32,000 nt of DNA from Candidatus Nanoclepta minutus (GCA_003568775.1 MWMI01000002.1:79949-111948), one strand, 5' to 3'; numbered from the stretch's first letter, positions 9,005 through 16,592 are shown. Notes: generated by a model not told the origin, from the sequence alone. A program made the numbers and translations.

Positions 9005-9080
9005 GCGGATCAAATACCCAACCAGGCAGATCATCTCCCGCAAACCCGGCTACATAACCGTCCGCCATCGACAAGTTCCT
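9005..9080. other. GC-rich, strand-skewed island in the only sizeable intergenic gap; nature unresolved (relic or small coding sequence, or ncRNA)
   Basis: Hand count over 9005-9070: 26 C + 12 G of 66 nt (about 58 percent GC), against a much more AT-rich background. C on the plus strand is concentrated at every third position (13, 8 and 5 in the three phases). Confidence 0.5.
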
Positions 9081-9084
9081 AAGG

Positions 9085-9092
9085 TTATAAAG
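9085..9092 (+). promoter_or_regulatory. TATA-like box (TTATAAAG) for the 9113 gene
   Basis: Lies 20 nt upstream of the ATG at 9113. Confidence 0.35.
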
Positions 9093-9112
9093 GCTCTATC
9101 AAAATATTTTTT

Positions 9113-9805
9113 ATGATTCCTCTTTCTCAAAAAAAGAGAGAGATAGCAGACATCTTAGGCCTATCTTTAAAAGAACTGGATGATTTAGTAAAACAAAAAA
9201 TAAATGAATATTATGGATATATAGATGATAACACAGCTCTAATGATAATCTTGAAGGAGAACAACTTAGATCCTTCAATTTTGTTAAAAGTTAAAATTTC
9301 TGATTTAAGTTATAGGATGAAAGTAAAAAGGATATTTGTAAAAATTGGAAAAGTCCTAATAAAAAAAGAAAATCTGCTTATTCTTGAAGTATACGATAGT
9401 ACCGGAAAAGTAAAACTAATATTTAAAGGTAACTATAGGAAAATAGAGGACTTGCTAAAGGAAGGAAATGTTGTAGAGATAAGAAATGCAATAGTACTAA
9501 AAAACTTGACCTTAGCACTATTTATAAACAACGACATACTAGTAAGGGAAGTTAAGGATGAAAAAGTTTTAGAAGAATTTGAAAAGTTAGATTATGAAGG
9601 TTTAAGATATGTAACGGAATTCATCTGCAAAGTACTGGATAGAAAAGAGGATTCATATGAAGTTCTAACTGAAAGCTTTAATAGGATATATATTAAGACT
9701 AATGAGAGATTGGAAATAGGAAAAAATTACATAATAAAATGCTACCTAACCAAACCCTTAACCCTCATTAACTATAAGTTACTTGAATCCTATGATCTTA
9801 GCTAA
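9113..9805 (+). CDS. RPA-like single-stranded DNA-binding protein (helical N-terminus plus one OB fold)
   Basis: The N-terminal REIADILGLSLKELDDLVKQKINEYYGYIDDNTALMIILKENNLD resembles the archaeal RPA leader. It is followed by an OB-like pattern: KISDL...VKRIFVKIGKV...LILEVYDSTGKVKLIFKGN...GNVVEIRNAIV. Confidence 0.55.
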   Translation: MIPLSQKKREIADILGLSLKELDDLVKQKINEYYGYIDDNTALMIILKENNLDPSILLKVKISDLSYRMKVKRIFVKIGKVLIKKENLLILEVYDSTGKVKLIFKGNYRKIEDLLKEGNVVEIRNAIVLKNLTLALFINNDILVREVKDEKVLEEFEKLDYEGLRYVTEFICKVLDRKEDSYEVLTESFNRIYIKTNERLEIGKNYIIKCYLTKPLTLINYKLLESYDLS

Positions 9806-11617
9806 TTCTTCAGGTGAGTAATAATATAACCTCAAATACTCTGCAATCCTCCTATAATTCCTTATCCTATTGTTGTATAAATACTCCAAAACCTTTATCT
9901 TAAAGTCTAGGTTTGCCTTAAGCTCTTCAAAAGTCATATTATGGAACTCTGCAATTTTCTTTAGTTTATAACTATCATACAAAACGAATCCATCCGTTTT
10001 AGGATCCCAACTAGAAACCATGGTCTTTAACACTTTAGCTCTCTTATGATCATACCTTATAATTTCGTATATCTTATCTATCCTTCTAACGTATTTTCCC
10101 TTATATCTTGCCCTCCTAAGGAAAACCACCGCATCTAGGATCTCAATTAAGAATGGAGGTAAACTTATAGGTGGAGAAATTAACCTATCTACCAAACCTT
10201 CAAAGCTTTCAGCATGAATGGTACCCATACCAGCATGACCTGTAGCCATTGCCTGGAAGAGTATGAAGGCTTCCTGTCCTCTAACTTCTCCAACTATTAT
10301 ATAATCTGGTCTTTGCCTTAAAGATGCTTTTAATAGATCGTATAATGTTACCTCACCATACCTCTGCGGACCGAAACCTGGCCTAGCTACTTCCTGCAGC
10401 CAGTTAGGATGAGGTAACATAAGCTCTGGAGTATCCTCAATTGAAACTATCTTTTTCTCTGGCTTTATAAAAAGAGAAATAGCGTTCAATAGTGATGTCT
10501 TACCAGATGCTGTACCACCCGCTACCAATACCGATTTCTCTTCCTCAATTAAGGTCCATAGGTAAGCTAATATCCTAAAATCTGCAGTACCATAATTCAA
10601 TAGATCTATAGGGGTAAAAGGATCCTGTGTGAACTTTCTTACTGTAAAAGAAGATCCTTTCCTCGATATCTCTTTTCCATAGGTTATCTGGACTCTTGAA
10701 CCATCTGGCAATGCTGCATCTAGTAATGGAGAAGCTATAGATATATATCTTCCAGTCCTTATTGCTAATTTTATAACAAAATTATCCAATTCTTCCTCGT
10801 CTTCGAAAGTAATATTAGTCTTTATCTCCCCAATCAACGGGTTCCTATGGAATATAAATATAGGTATATTAACACCGTTGCAGGAGATATCCTCTATATA
10901 AATATCCCTCATCAGTACATCTATCTTACCATAACCGATAGTATCCCTCAAGATATAGTATAAGATATATGGCTCTGCTTCCTTCCTTACATTTATCCTT
11001 CTAAGCTTCCATATTTCTCTAGATTTCTTTATTATATAATTCCTCACAAATTCCTTATCTCTAACTTCTAGGTACGGAATATCTATTTTTCTCTCTATTT
11101 CCTTTAAAGTTAAAGATACTATTTCCCTTTCCTTTTCTTCAAGCCTGGGCTCGATTACACTATATATGAATTCTCTATTTTCAGGATCCCAGTCTATTCT
11201 GGCTTTTGCCATCTCATATATTCTTCCATCTATTTCCTCTTTTGTAACAACATATTCCATCTCTACATCTTTTCCACCCTTTCCGTATAGATAGAGGAAG
11301 AACTTCAGTTTTTCCTCATCCGATATACCTCTCTCCTTTATAGAACTCAAAGGAAATGCACCTTTTACCCTTTTTTTCTTCTTTTTTTTCTTAGGAATTA
11401 CAGTACTAATTGTAAGATTCTGAATAGTTGGAAAGACAGGTACTATAGCTTGAGGGGGATAGTATAACTGTTTATTGCTTAAGTTTTCGACTGGTTTTAC
11501 TTCTATAGCTTCCTTTTTCTCCTTACCACGGAGTTTATTTAACTTTTTTCTAATAATGAACTTTCTTTTTTCCTTTTCTGCCAATCTCCTAATAATAAGG
11601 TCTATAAAATCTTCCAT
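9779..11617 (-). CDS. Type IV filament assembly ATPase (FlaI/ArlI-PilB/GspE/VirB11 superfamily) with an extra basic N-terminal extension
   Basis: Walker A VAGGTASGKTSLLNAI, Asp/His boxes (IVSIEDTPEL, RQRPDYIIVGEVRGQEAFILFQAMATGHAGMGTIHA), and a FlaI-like N-domain (EFIYSVIEPRL). The first ~118 aa (including PKKKKKKKRVKG) are not typical of FlaI. Confidence 0.85.
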   Translation of the reverse strand: MEDFIDLIIRRLAEKEKRKFIIRKKLNKLRGKEKKEAIEVKPVENLSNKQLYYPPQAIVPVFPTIQNLTISTVIPKKKKKKKRVKGAFPLSSIKERGISDEEKLKFFLYLYGKGGKDVEMEYVVTKEEIDGRIYEMAKARIDWDPENREFIYSVIEPRLEEKEREIVSLTLKEIERKIDIPYLEVRDKEFVRNYIIKKSREIWKLRRINVRKEAEPYILYYILRDTIGYGKIDVLMRDIYIEDISCNGVNIPIFIFHRNPLIGEIKTNITFEDEEELDNFVIKLAIRTGRYISIASPLLDAALPDGSRVQITYGKEISRKGSSFTVRKFTQDPFTPIDLLNYGTADFRILAYLWTLIEEEKSVLVAGGTASGKTSLLNAISLFIKPEKKIVSIEDTPELMLPHPNWLQEVARPGFGPQRYGEVTLYDLLKASLRQRPDYIIVGEVRGQEAFILFQAMATGHAGMGTIHAESFEGLVDRLISPPISLPPFLIEILDAVVFLRRARYKGKYVRRIDKIYEIIRYDHKRAKVLKTMVSSWDPKTDGFVLYDSYKLKKIAEFHNMTFEELKANLDFKIKVLEYLYNNRIRNYRRIAEYLRLYYYSPEELAKIIGFK

Positions 11618-11662
11618 ATAATAAATTTTAGTTTATTTCTACAATTAAAAACTTTTGAGAGA

Positions 11663-12046
11663 CTATGGATAGAAAGTTAGATTGCTCGGGTAACTATATA
11701 AAAAGAAACTACCTGTAGAAGTTAAATATGTATACTTTGAGAAAGGTCCCTCTGATAAGTTCAGAAAGTTTACCTTACTTCCAAAGGTAACATAGACTAT
11801 ATCCCCTTTAACATCTATATAACCAATTCCAACTATCCTCGGTTCAGAAACTACGTAGCAATACATCCTACCCAAGTATAGATTACCTAAGGCTATGCAG
11901 AAAACTACGTTGTTCCTAATATAGTTCCCTAGCAGAGTGTCCGAATAAAGATAAAGAGGAAAATTAGAAAATAGATTAGTTAAAAAGTAATATACAAAAA
12001 ATAAGATCAAAGTTATTAATACTATCTCTAACGCTCTAGATGGCAT
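11663..12046 (-). CDS. Small pilin-like or minor filament subunit candidate (N-terminal hydrophobic helix)
   Basis: MPSRALEIVLITLILFFVYYFL has a short basic leader and an RA/L junction followed by a hydrophobic segment. It abuts the upstream gene with no gap. No family recognised. Confidence 0.4.
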   Translation of the reverse strand: MPSRALEIVLITLILFFVYYFLTNLFSNFPLYLYSDTLLGNYIRNNVVFCIALGNLYLGRMYCYVVSEPRIVGIGYIDVKGDIVYVTFGSKVNFLNLSEGPFSKYTYLTSTGSFFLYSYPSNLTFYP

Positions 12047-12874
12047 CTATGATGATATACTAATATCTACATATATCTCCCTTACAAGGTTATTACTACA
12101 TACAGTAGAATTATATGAGTTATCATAATATCTCCTATATGAAATAACTACTGGTATTTTTGTGGTTATCTGTGTAGCTGAAACACCATATGGAGATAAC
12201 CTTATCCAAAAACACTGACCGTTTTCCATGTTCACTATGGGTCTACAAGTTATCTCATATGATACCTCTCCACCAAGCTGAAGGGCATTTATGATACAGG
12301 GAGGAGATGTTCTATAATAGCCTGTCGGGTATCTAGGTAAGAACCTTAAATGAGTTCCGTTATAGATTATATCGAACACGTAATCCGATGTTATAACGTT
12401 ATTTAAATTTCCTAAAGGAAGATCTACACTCTTATTAGATATTTCATCGATTATTCTAAAGCTTCCTGTACTTATAGTAATGTTTATATGGCTTCTATCA
12501 CTACATAACTTTCCTGAATATGAAATGGTAAAGGTATCATTTGGACAGTATGTATACTCATCATAGTTCACAGGAACTTTTACTATTGAAGAATAATATT
12601 GTATCGGTATTTTTATTCTAAGTTGAATTAAATCTGGATCTATCTCAAAATAAGAGTTCTGTATATCTAACTGAAATGTTGATACTCCAAAATCTAAGGC
12701 TGTTTTTGAGATCCTATCTGCAAAATCCGATAACTTTGATTCTACAGAAGATAATGTATTCCTAACATAGGACTTCTGTACCAGGGGAACAACATAGTTA
12801 TACACGGTCAAGGCAACTCCCAAAACTACTGCACCTAAGAGAACGTACCCAACAATTTGCTCTTGAGATCTCAT
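12047..12874 (-). CDS. Large pilin-like or filament-associated extracellular protein
   Basis: MRSQEQIVGYVLLGAVVLGVALTVYNY at the N-terminus, then a Cys-containing, N-x-S/T-rich, beta-rich region. Co-oriented with the pilins and the ATPase. Confidence 0.45.
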   Translation of the reverse strand: MRSQEQIVGYVLLGAVVLGVALTVYNYVVPLVQKSYVRNTLSSVESKLSDFADRISKTALDFGVSTFQLDIQNSYFEIDPDLIQLRIKIPIQYYSSIVKVPVNYDEYTYCPNDTFTISYSGKLCSDRSHINITISTGSFRIIDEISNKSVDLPLGNLNNVITSDYVFDIIYNGTHLRFLPRYPTGYYRTSPPCIINALQLGGEVSYEITCRPIVNMENGQCFWIRLSPYGVSATQITTKIPVVISYRRYYDNSYNSTVCSNNLVREIYVDISISS

Positions 12875-12913
12875 ATAATTACATAAAATTAAAAAATTAA
12901 TAAGTTTAAAAAA

Positions 12914-13393
12914 CTACGTAAACGTAACCTCTTTTGCCACAGCACCCATAGTAACTCTCAATACGTAATAGTTTAGTGTAATATTACCCACATTAGAGCA
13001 GGTAAAATTAACTATTGTAGAAGATCCTACATTCAAAGTTCCTGATAAAGTAGTGTTTGTTGTACAAATGCTCTGCTTCCATACACCTACTTCAGGTGCA
13101 GTCCTATTATAAACCGATACTGAAGCGTTTACCTGTGTTTTACTAAAATCTATATTAACAGAACCTGTATTCCTTATACTAACAGTAAAAATAAGATCAG
13201 AACCTGAAGGAGTGGTTCCAACAGGTGCTACGGAGAAATCGAACGCTGTTGATTGAAGTATTTGCTGTCCAGTTTGAGCAGTTAGCTGTGTTAACATACC
13301 ACTCATCCATGTATACATCAATGCAGCTATACCTACTGTCATGATGATTAAAAGTATTGTTGCAATAATCGGTGAAACTGATCTTTTCATCAT
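12914..13393 (-). CDS. Archaeal type IV pilin (Pilin_N / class III signal type), paralogue 2
   Basis: MMKRSVSPIIATILLIIMTVGIAALMYTW matches the archaeal pilin N-terminal consensus (R-x-VSPVIATxLL...), Pfam Pilin_N as I recall it. The mature domain is T/S/N-rich with many N-x-S/T sequons. The start overlaps the stop of paralogue 1 by 1 nt (TAATG). Confidence 0.78.
   Translation of the reverse strand: MMKRSVSPIIATILLIIMTVGIAALMYTWMSGMLTQLTAQTGQQILQSTAFDFSVAPVGTTPSGSDLIFTVSIRNTGSVNIDFSKTQVNASVSVYNRTAPEVGVWKQSICTTNTTLSGTLNVGSSTIVNFTCSNVGNITLNYYVLRVTMGAVAKEVTFT
13233..13393 (-). repeat. Direct repeat copy A (5' module of pilin paralogue 2)
   Basis: By hand alignment, 158 of 161 nt are identical to 13700-13860 (offset 467 nt). 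Encodes the identical first ~53 aa. Confidence 0.9.
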
Positions 13394-13860
13394 TATCTAA
13401 AGATAACTTCTTTTGAAGTTGAGCCTATGGTAACTCTTAAAACATAATAATATCTGGATACATCTATATTAACACCACAGGTAAAAATAAACGATTTTGA
13501 TTCTCCAACTGATAGAGTACCGGTATTTATAGTTGAACAAGAAGACTGATTTACAACACCTGCTGCTGGATTCAACCTATCATAAACGGTTACTGCAGCT
13601 ATAGCATTTGTTTTACTAAAATCTATATTAACAGCTCCTGTATTCCTTATACTTACAGAGAAAGTATTAGTACCATTGGGAGATGCAATAGGCGCAACAG
13701 AGAAATCGAATGCTGTTGATTGAAGTATTTGCTGTCCAGTTTGAGCAGTTAGCTGTGTTAGCATACCACTCATCCATGTATACATCAATGCAGCTATACC
13801 TACTGTCATGATGATTAAGAGTATTGTTGCAATAATCGGTGAAACTGATCTTTTCATCAT
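13393..13860 (-). CDS. Archaeal type IV pilin (Pilin_N / class III signal type), paralogue 1
   Basis: Same N-terminal 56 aa as paralogue 2. Shares the internal FSVSIRNTG(A/S)VNIDFSKT block but is otherwise divergent. Confidence 0.78.
   Translation of the reverse strand: MMKRSVSPIIATILLIIMTVGIAALMYTWMSGMLTQLTAQTGQQILQSTAFDFSVAPIASPNGTNTFSVSIRNTGAVNIDFSKTNAIAAVTVYDRLNPAAGVVNQSSCSTINTGTLSVGESKSFIFTCGVNIDVSRYYYVLRVTIGSTSKEVIFR
13700..13860 (-). repeat. Direct repeat copy B (5' module of pilin paralogue 1)
   Basis: See 13233-13393. The three mismatches are single substitutions. Confidence 0.9.
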
Positions 13861-13882
13861 TATAGATTATAATCTCATTATT

Positions 13883-13890
13883 ATTTAAAA
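13883..13890 (-). promoter_or_regulatory. TATA-like box (TTTTAAAT on minus strand) for the pilin genes
   Basis: Lies 22 nt upstream of the ATG at 13860. The octamer is identical to the one upstream of the thermosome gene. Confidence 0.4.
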
Positions 13891-14376
13891 TTATTGTATC
13901 CTCTTTATACCCTGTATTGGTGGCGGAGGTATAGGTCTCCTAATCGTTCTCTCTTCCTTCTTCTCTTTTTCTTCCTTTAACTTTTCTATTTCAGATCTTA
14001 AATTATCCAAAGCTTCCAATATTCTTTTATTCAAATTTTCCATTTCTTCAACTTTCTTCTCAATATTTCCTGATTTAAGAGATGGTTTACCTTCAATATA
14101 AAATAGTGCAGCTTCTTTAAATATGTTTAACAATTCTTTTAAATCTTTACTCAACCCATTTATTACAACTATAAGTTCTGATATCTTAGCATGTAATTCT
14201 AAGTTGCTTTTGATTAAACTATTTATAATATCTTTATAGATCTTATCCGAACCCTCTGAATTTTCTTCCGATTCAACTGGCTCTTTCTTTAATTCGTTTA
14301 TCGATTCCTTAACATCATAAATCTCTTTTACTATTTTCTCCAATACTTTGGATAGATCATCCCTATTCTGACCCAT
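13891..14376 (-). CDS. Coiled-coil protein of unknown function with a proline-rich basic tail
   Basis: 161 aa, E/K/L/I heptad-like sequence throughout, ending RRPIPPPPIQGIKRIQ. No family recognised. Sits directly upstream of and co-oriented with the pilin genes. Confidence 0.5.
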   Translation of the reverse strand: MGQNRDDLSKVLEKIVKEIYDVKESINELKKEPVESEENSEGSDKIYKDIINSLIKSNLELHAKISELIVVINGLSKDLKELLNIFKEAALFYIEGKPSLKSGNIEKKVEEMENLNKRILEALDNLRSEIEKLKEEKEKKEERTIRRPIPPPPIQGIKRIQ

Positions 14377-14400
14377 AAAAATTCTTTATGTATTCAGGGT

Positions 14401-14408
14401 TTTATAAA
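14401..14408 (-). promoter_or_regulatory. TATA-like box (palindromic TTTATAAA) for the 14376 gene
   Basis: Lies 24 nt upstream of the ATG at 14376. Confidence 0.4.
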
Positions 14409-14430
14409 TAATTATTAAAAAAGAAATCGT

Positions 14431-16071
14431 CTATTCTATTTCAGTTTCTTCCCCAGTTTCTTCTTTTCCACCCTTTCCTTCCTCTCTCTTTATAGCTGCT
14501 ATTACATCGTCTATCTTCAATATCATTATTGCTGCCTCTGTAGCAGACTTTATTGCCTGTATAGTAATATCTGCTGGCTCTATAACTCCTATTTCCCACA
14601 TATCAGCAACCTTTCCCTCAACAGCATCAATTCCGTACCATACCTTTCCGTCCTCATGTGCAGCTCTTAGCTCTGACATAGCTTCTATAGTATCCATACC
14701 TGCATTCTCTGCTAAAGCCGATGGTACAGCCTCTAATGCATCTGCAAATGCTAGCATAGCCATCTGTATCTTTGATGGATGCTTCTTGGCTTCCTTTCTA
14801 ATCTTCTCTGCTAATTCTATTTCTATAGCTCCTCCCCCTGCTATTACTTTCCTTCTTCTTATAACATTGGCAACATCCTTTATAGCATCGTTTATTGATC
14901 TTTCAGCTTCCTCAGCTACATGTTCCGATCCTGCCCTAATTAATATGGTTACTGCCTTTGGATTCTTACATCCCATTACAAATATCATGTTTTCATCAGC
15001 AACCTTTCTCTCTTCTACAATCTCTGCATAACCTAGATCACTTTGGGTTAGTTCCTCTATGGAAGATACAATCTTTGCACCAGTAGCTCTAGAGAGCTTA
15101 TCCATATCAGACTTCTTTACCCTTCTTACAGCGAGTATTCCATATTTTGCTAGGTAATATGCTGCTACATCATCTATTCCCTTTTGTACAAATACTACAT
15201 TAGCTCCTACTTCTTTTATTTTTTCTACCATCTTCTTCAATATCTCTTGCTCCTTCTTTAAAAATGCTTCTAACTGATCTGGTGAAGTTATATTTATTCT
15301 AGCATCTGTTTCTGTTTTTTTAACTTCAATTGCTTCCCCTATTAGTGCTATCTTTGCATTTCTTACTATTTTTGGCATACCAGAATGCACTCTCTCCTTA
15401 TCTATTACTATACCATCTATCAACTCTGTTTCCTCCATTCCCCCTCCTATCTTCTTCTCAACTTTTATAGCATCTAAATCTACAATTATCTTGCCGGCCT
15501 CGGTATAAGTTACCTTCTTAACCGCATCTACAACTATCTTAGCAATCTTATCACCATATATTCCAGCAACCTTAGAGGCCAATGCTGCCTTAGCAACTTT
15601 AGTTAGAGTTTCTTCATCCTCTAAGTTTATTTCTTTAGATAATCCAATTACATGCCTTTCAGCTAATTCTGCAGCCCTCCTATATCCCTCTATTATTACA
15701 GTTGCATGGATATTTCTATCTAATAGCTCTCCAGCTTTCTTCAATAGCTCTCCAGTAAGTACTACAGACCTCTTAGTTCCATCCCCAACTTCTTTATCCA
15801 AAGTCTTTGCTACTTCTATTATTAACTTTGCTGCTGGATGTTCTACATGCATCTCATCTAGTATTGTTGCTCCATCGTTAGTTACTGTAATGTCTCCTAA
15901 CTCATCTACTAGCATCTTATCCATTCCTCTGGGTCCTAGAGAAGTTTTTAGGATCTCTCCCACTATCACCGCTGCTGTTATATTCGACCTTACAGCCTCT
16001 CTTCCAACCGCTCTCGCATATTTTTCAGGTAATAATACGATAGGATAAACTGTTCTTCCTTCCTCAGCCAT
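14431..16071 (-). CDS. ths: Thermosome subunit (group II chaperonin, CCT/TCP-1 family)
   Basis: 546 aa. Motifs LGPRGMDKML, VGDGTK, ITNDGATIL and VIAGGGAIE, with a charged C-terminal tail. Confidence 0.95.
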   Translation of the reverse strand: MAEEGRTVYPIVLLPEKYARAVGREAVRSNITAAVIVGEILKTSLGPRGMDKMLVDELGDITVTNDGATILDEMHVEHPAAKLIIEVAKTLDKEVGDGTKRSVVLTGELLKKAGELLDRNIHATVIIEGYRRAAELAERHVIGLSKEINLEDEETLTKVAKAALASKVAGIYGDKIAKIVVDAVKKVTYTEAGKIIVDLDAIKVEKKIGGGMEETELIDGIVIDKERVHSGMPKIVRNAKIALIGEAIEVKKTETDARINITSPDQLEAFLKKEQEILKKMVEKIKEVGANVVFVQKGIDDVAAYYLAKYGILAVRRVKKSDMDKLSRATGAKIVSSIEELTQSDLGYAEIVEERKVADENMIFVMGCKNPKAVTILIRAGSEHVAEEAERSINDAIKDVANVIRRRKVIAGGGAIEIELAEKIRKEAKKHPSKIQMAMLAFADALEAVPSALAENAGMDTIEAMSELRAAHEDGKVWYGIDAVEGKVADMWEIGVIEPADITIQAIKSATEAAIMILKIDDVIAAIKREEGKGGKEETGEETEIE

Positions 16072-16092
16072 GTTATATATATAATACAGAAG

Positions 16093-16100
16093 ATTTAAAA
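16093..16100 (-). promoter_or_regulatory. TATA-like box (TTTTAAAT on minus strand) for the thermosome gene
   Basis: Lies 21 nt upstream of the ATG at 16071. It overlaps the stop codon (16095-16097) of the upstream Fap7-like gene. Confidence 0.4.
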
Positions 16101-16592
16101 GTTAATTCCAGGATAATTTGATTTAATTATTTCTAAAATATTTTTAACAATTTTTTCTATATCCTCTCTATTATTATTATAAAAAGTATAGTATACCTTC
16201 CCCATACTTTCCAGTTCATCTTCTATAACCTCCAAATTCATCGCCCAAATGTTTTCGAATATCTTATGGTAAGGATATCCTCTCTCCTCCAACCTTTTAT
16301 ACAGAATGTTTGGATCTGTCCTTATTACTATATAGAGATCTGCAGGGATTAGATGTGAAAAGTTTCCATCTATTACATAAATTTTTCCTACTTCAAAAAT
16401 ATTAGATATCTCTCTAATTAAAGCTTCTTCATCGACAATGTAAGTATTGTTTGCTTCATCATAAGATATTATAAGGTCTCTTTCCTTAGCAAAATCTAAA
16501 AGGTTTATATAAACAGCATTCAACCCATTAGCTAGCTCCTTCGCTATTGTGGTCTTACCTACACCAGCTACCCCAGTAATACATATTATCAT
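16095..16592 (-). CDS. fap7: Fap7/adenylate kinase isoenzyme 6 (hCINAP)-like NTPase, small-subunit ribosome biogenesis factor
   Basis: P-loop ITGVAGVGKTT. VIRTDPNILYKRLEERGYPYHKIFENIWAMNLEV closely parallels human AK6 [34 protein letters not shown]. Confidence 0.78.
   Translation of the reverse strand: MIICITGVAGVGKTTIAKELANGLNAVYINLLDFAKERDLIISYDEANNTYIVDEEALIREISNIFEVGKIYVIDGNFSHLIPADLYIVIRTDPNILYKRLEERGYPYHKIFENIWAMNLEVIEDELESMGKVYYTFYNNNREDIEKIVKNILEIIKSNYPGINF

Noticed and set aside
9005-9041. C/D-box or K-turn small RNA on the minus strand (GCGGGAGATGATCTGCC...TTTGATCCGC).
   Set aside because: AGATGATC and TTGA only loosely resemble C (RUGAUGA) and D (CUGA) boxes. The element is about 37 nt with no C'/D' pair, and I found no guide-like region. 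Not supportable from sequence alone.
9005-9080. tRNA or split-tRNA half hidden in the GC-rich island.
   Set aside because: I tried both strands. There is no GTTCRANNC T-loop, no acceptable D-arm (the best candidate has a 6-nt loop), and the only terminal helix (GGCGGA / TCCGCT, 9066-9061 with 9009-9004) encloses just 51 nt. The strong C versus G skew also leaves too few partners for a cloverleaf.
9002-9082. Stop-codon readthrough of the 8573 gene: the frame stays open 25 codons past TAA, giving ADQIPNQADHLPQTRLHNRPPSTSS.
   Set aside because: Open frames are expected by chance in a GC-rich patch because stop codons are AT-rich. The extension has C-first codons and no recognisable motif, and TAA is the least leaky stop. 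It is kept only as an alternative inside the GC-island finding.
11365-11400. A8/A7 homopolymer tracts in the ATPase gene as a phase-variation switch.
   Set aside because: Lysine runs encoded by AAA/AAG are common in a genome this AT-rich. A single sequence gives no evidence of length heterogeneity.
13891-14376. Assigning the coiled-coil protein to ESCRT-III/CdvA, prefoldin or FlaC/D/E.
   Set aside because: Only generic heptad character is visible. There is no family-specific motif I can point to, and the size and termini do not match those families convincingly.
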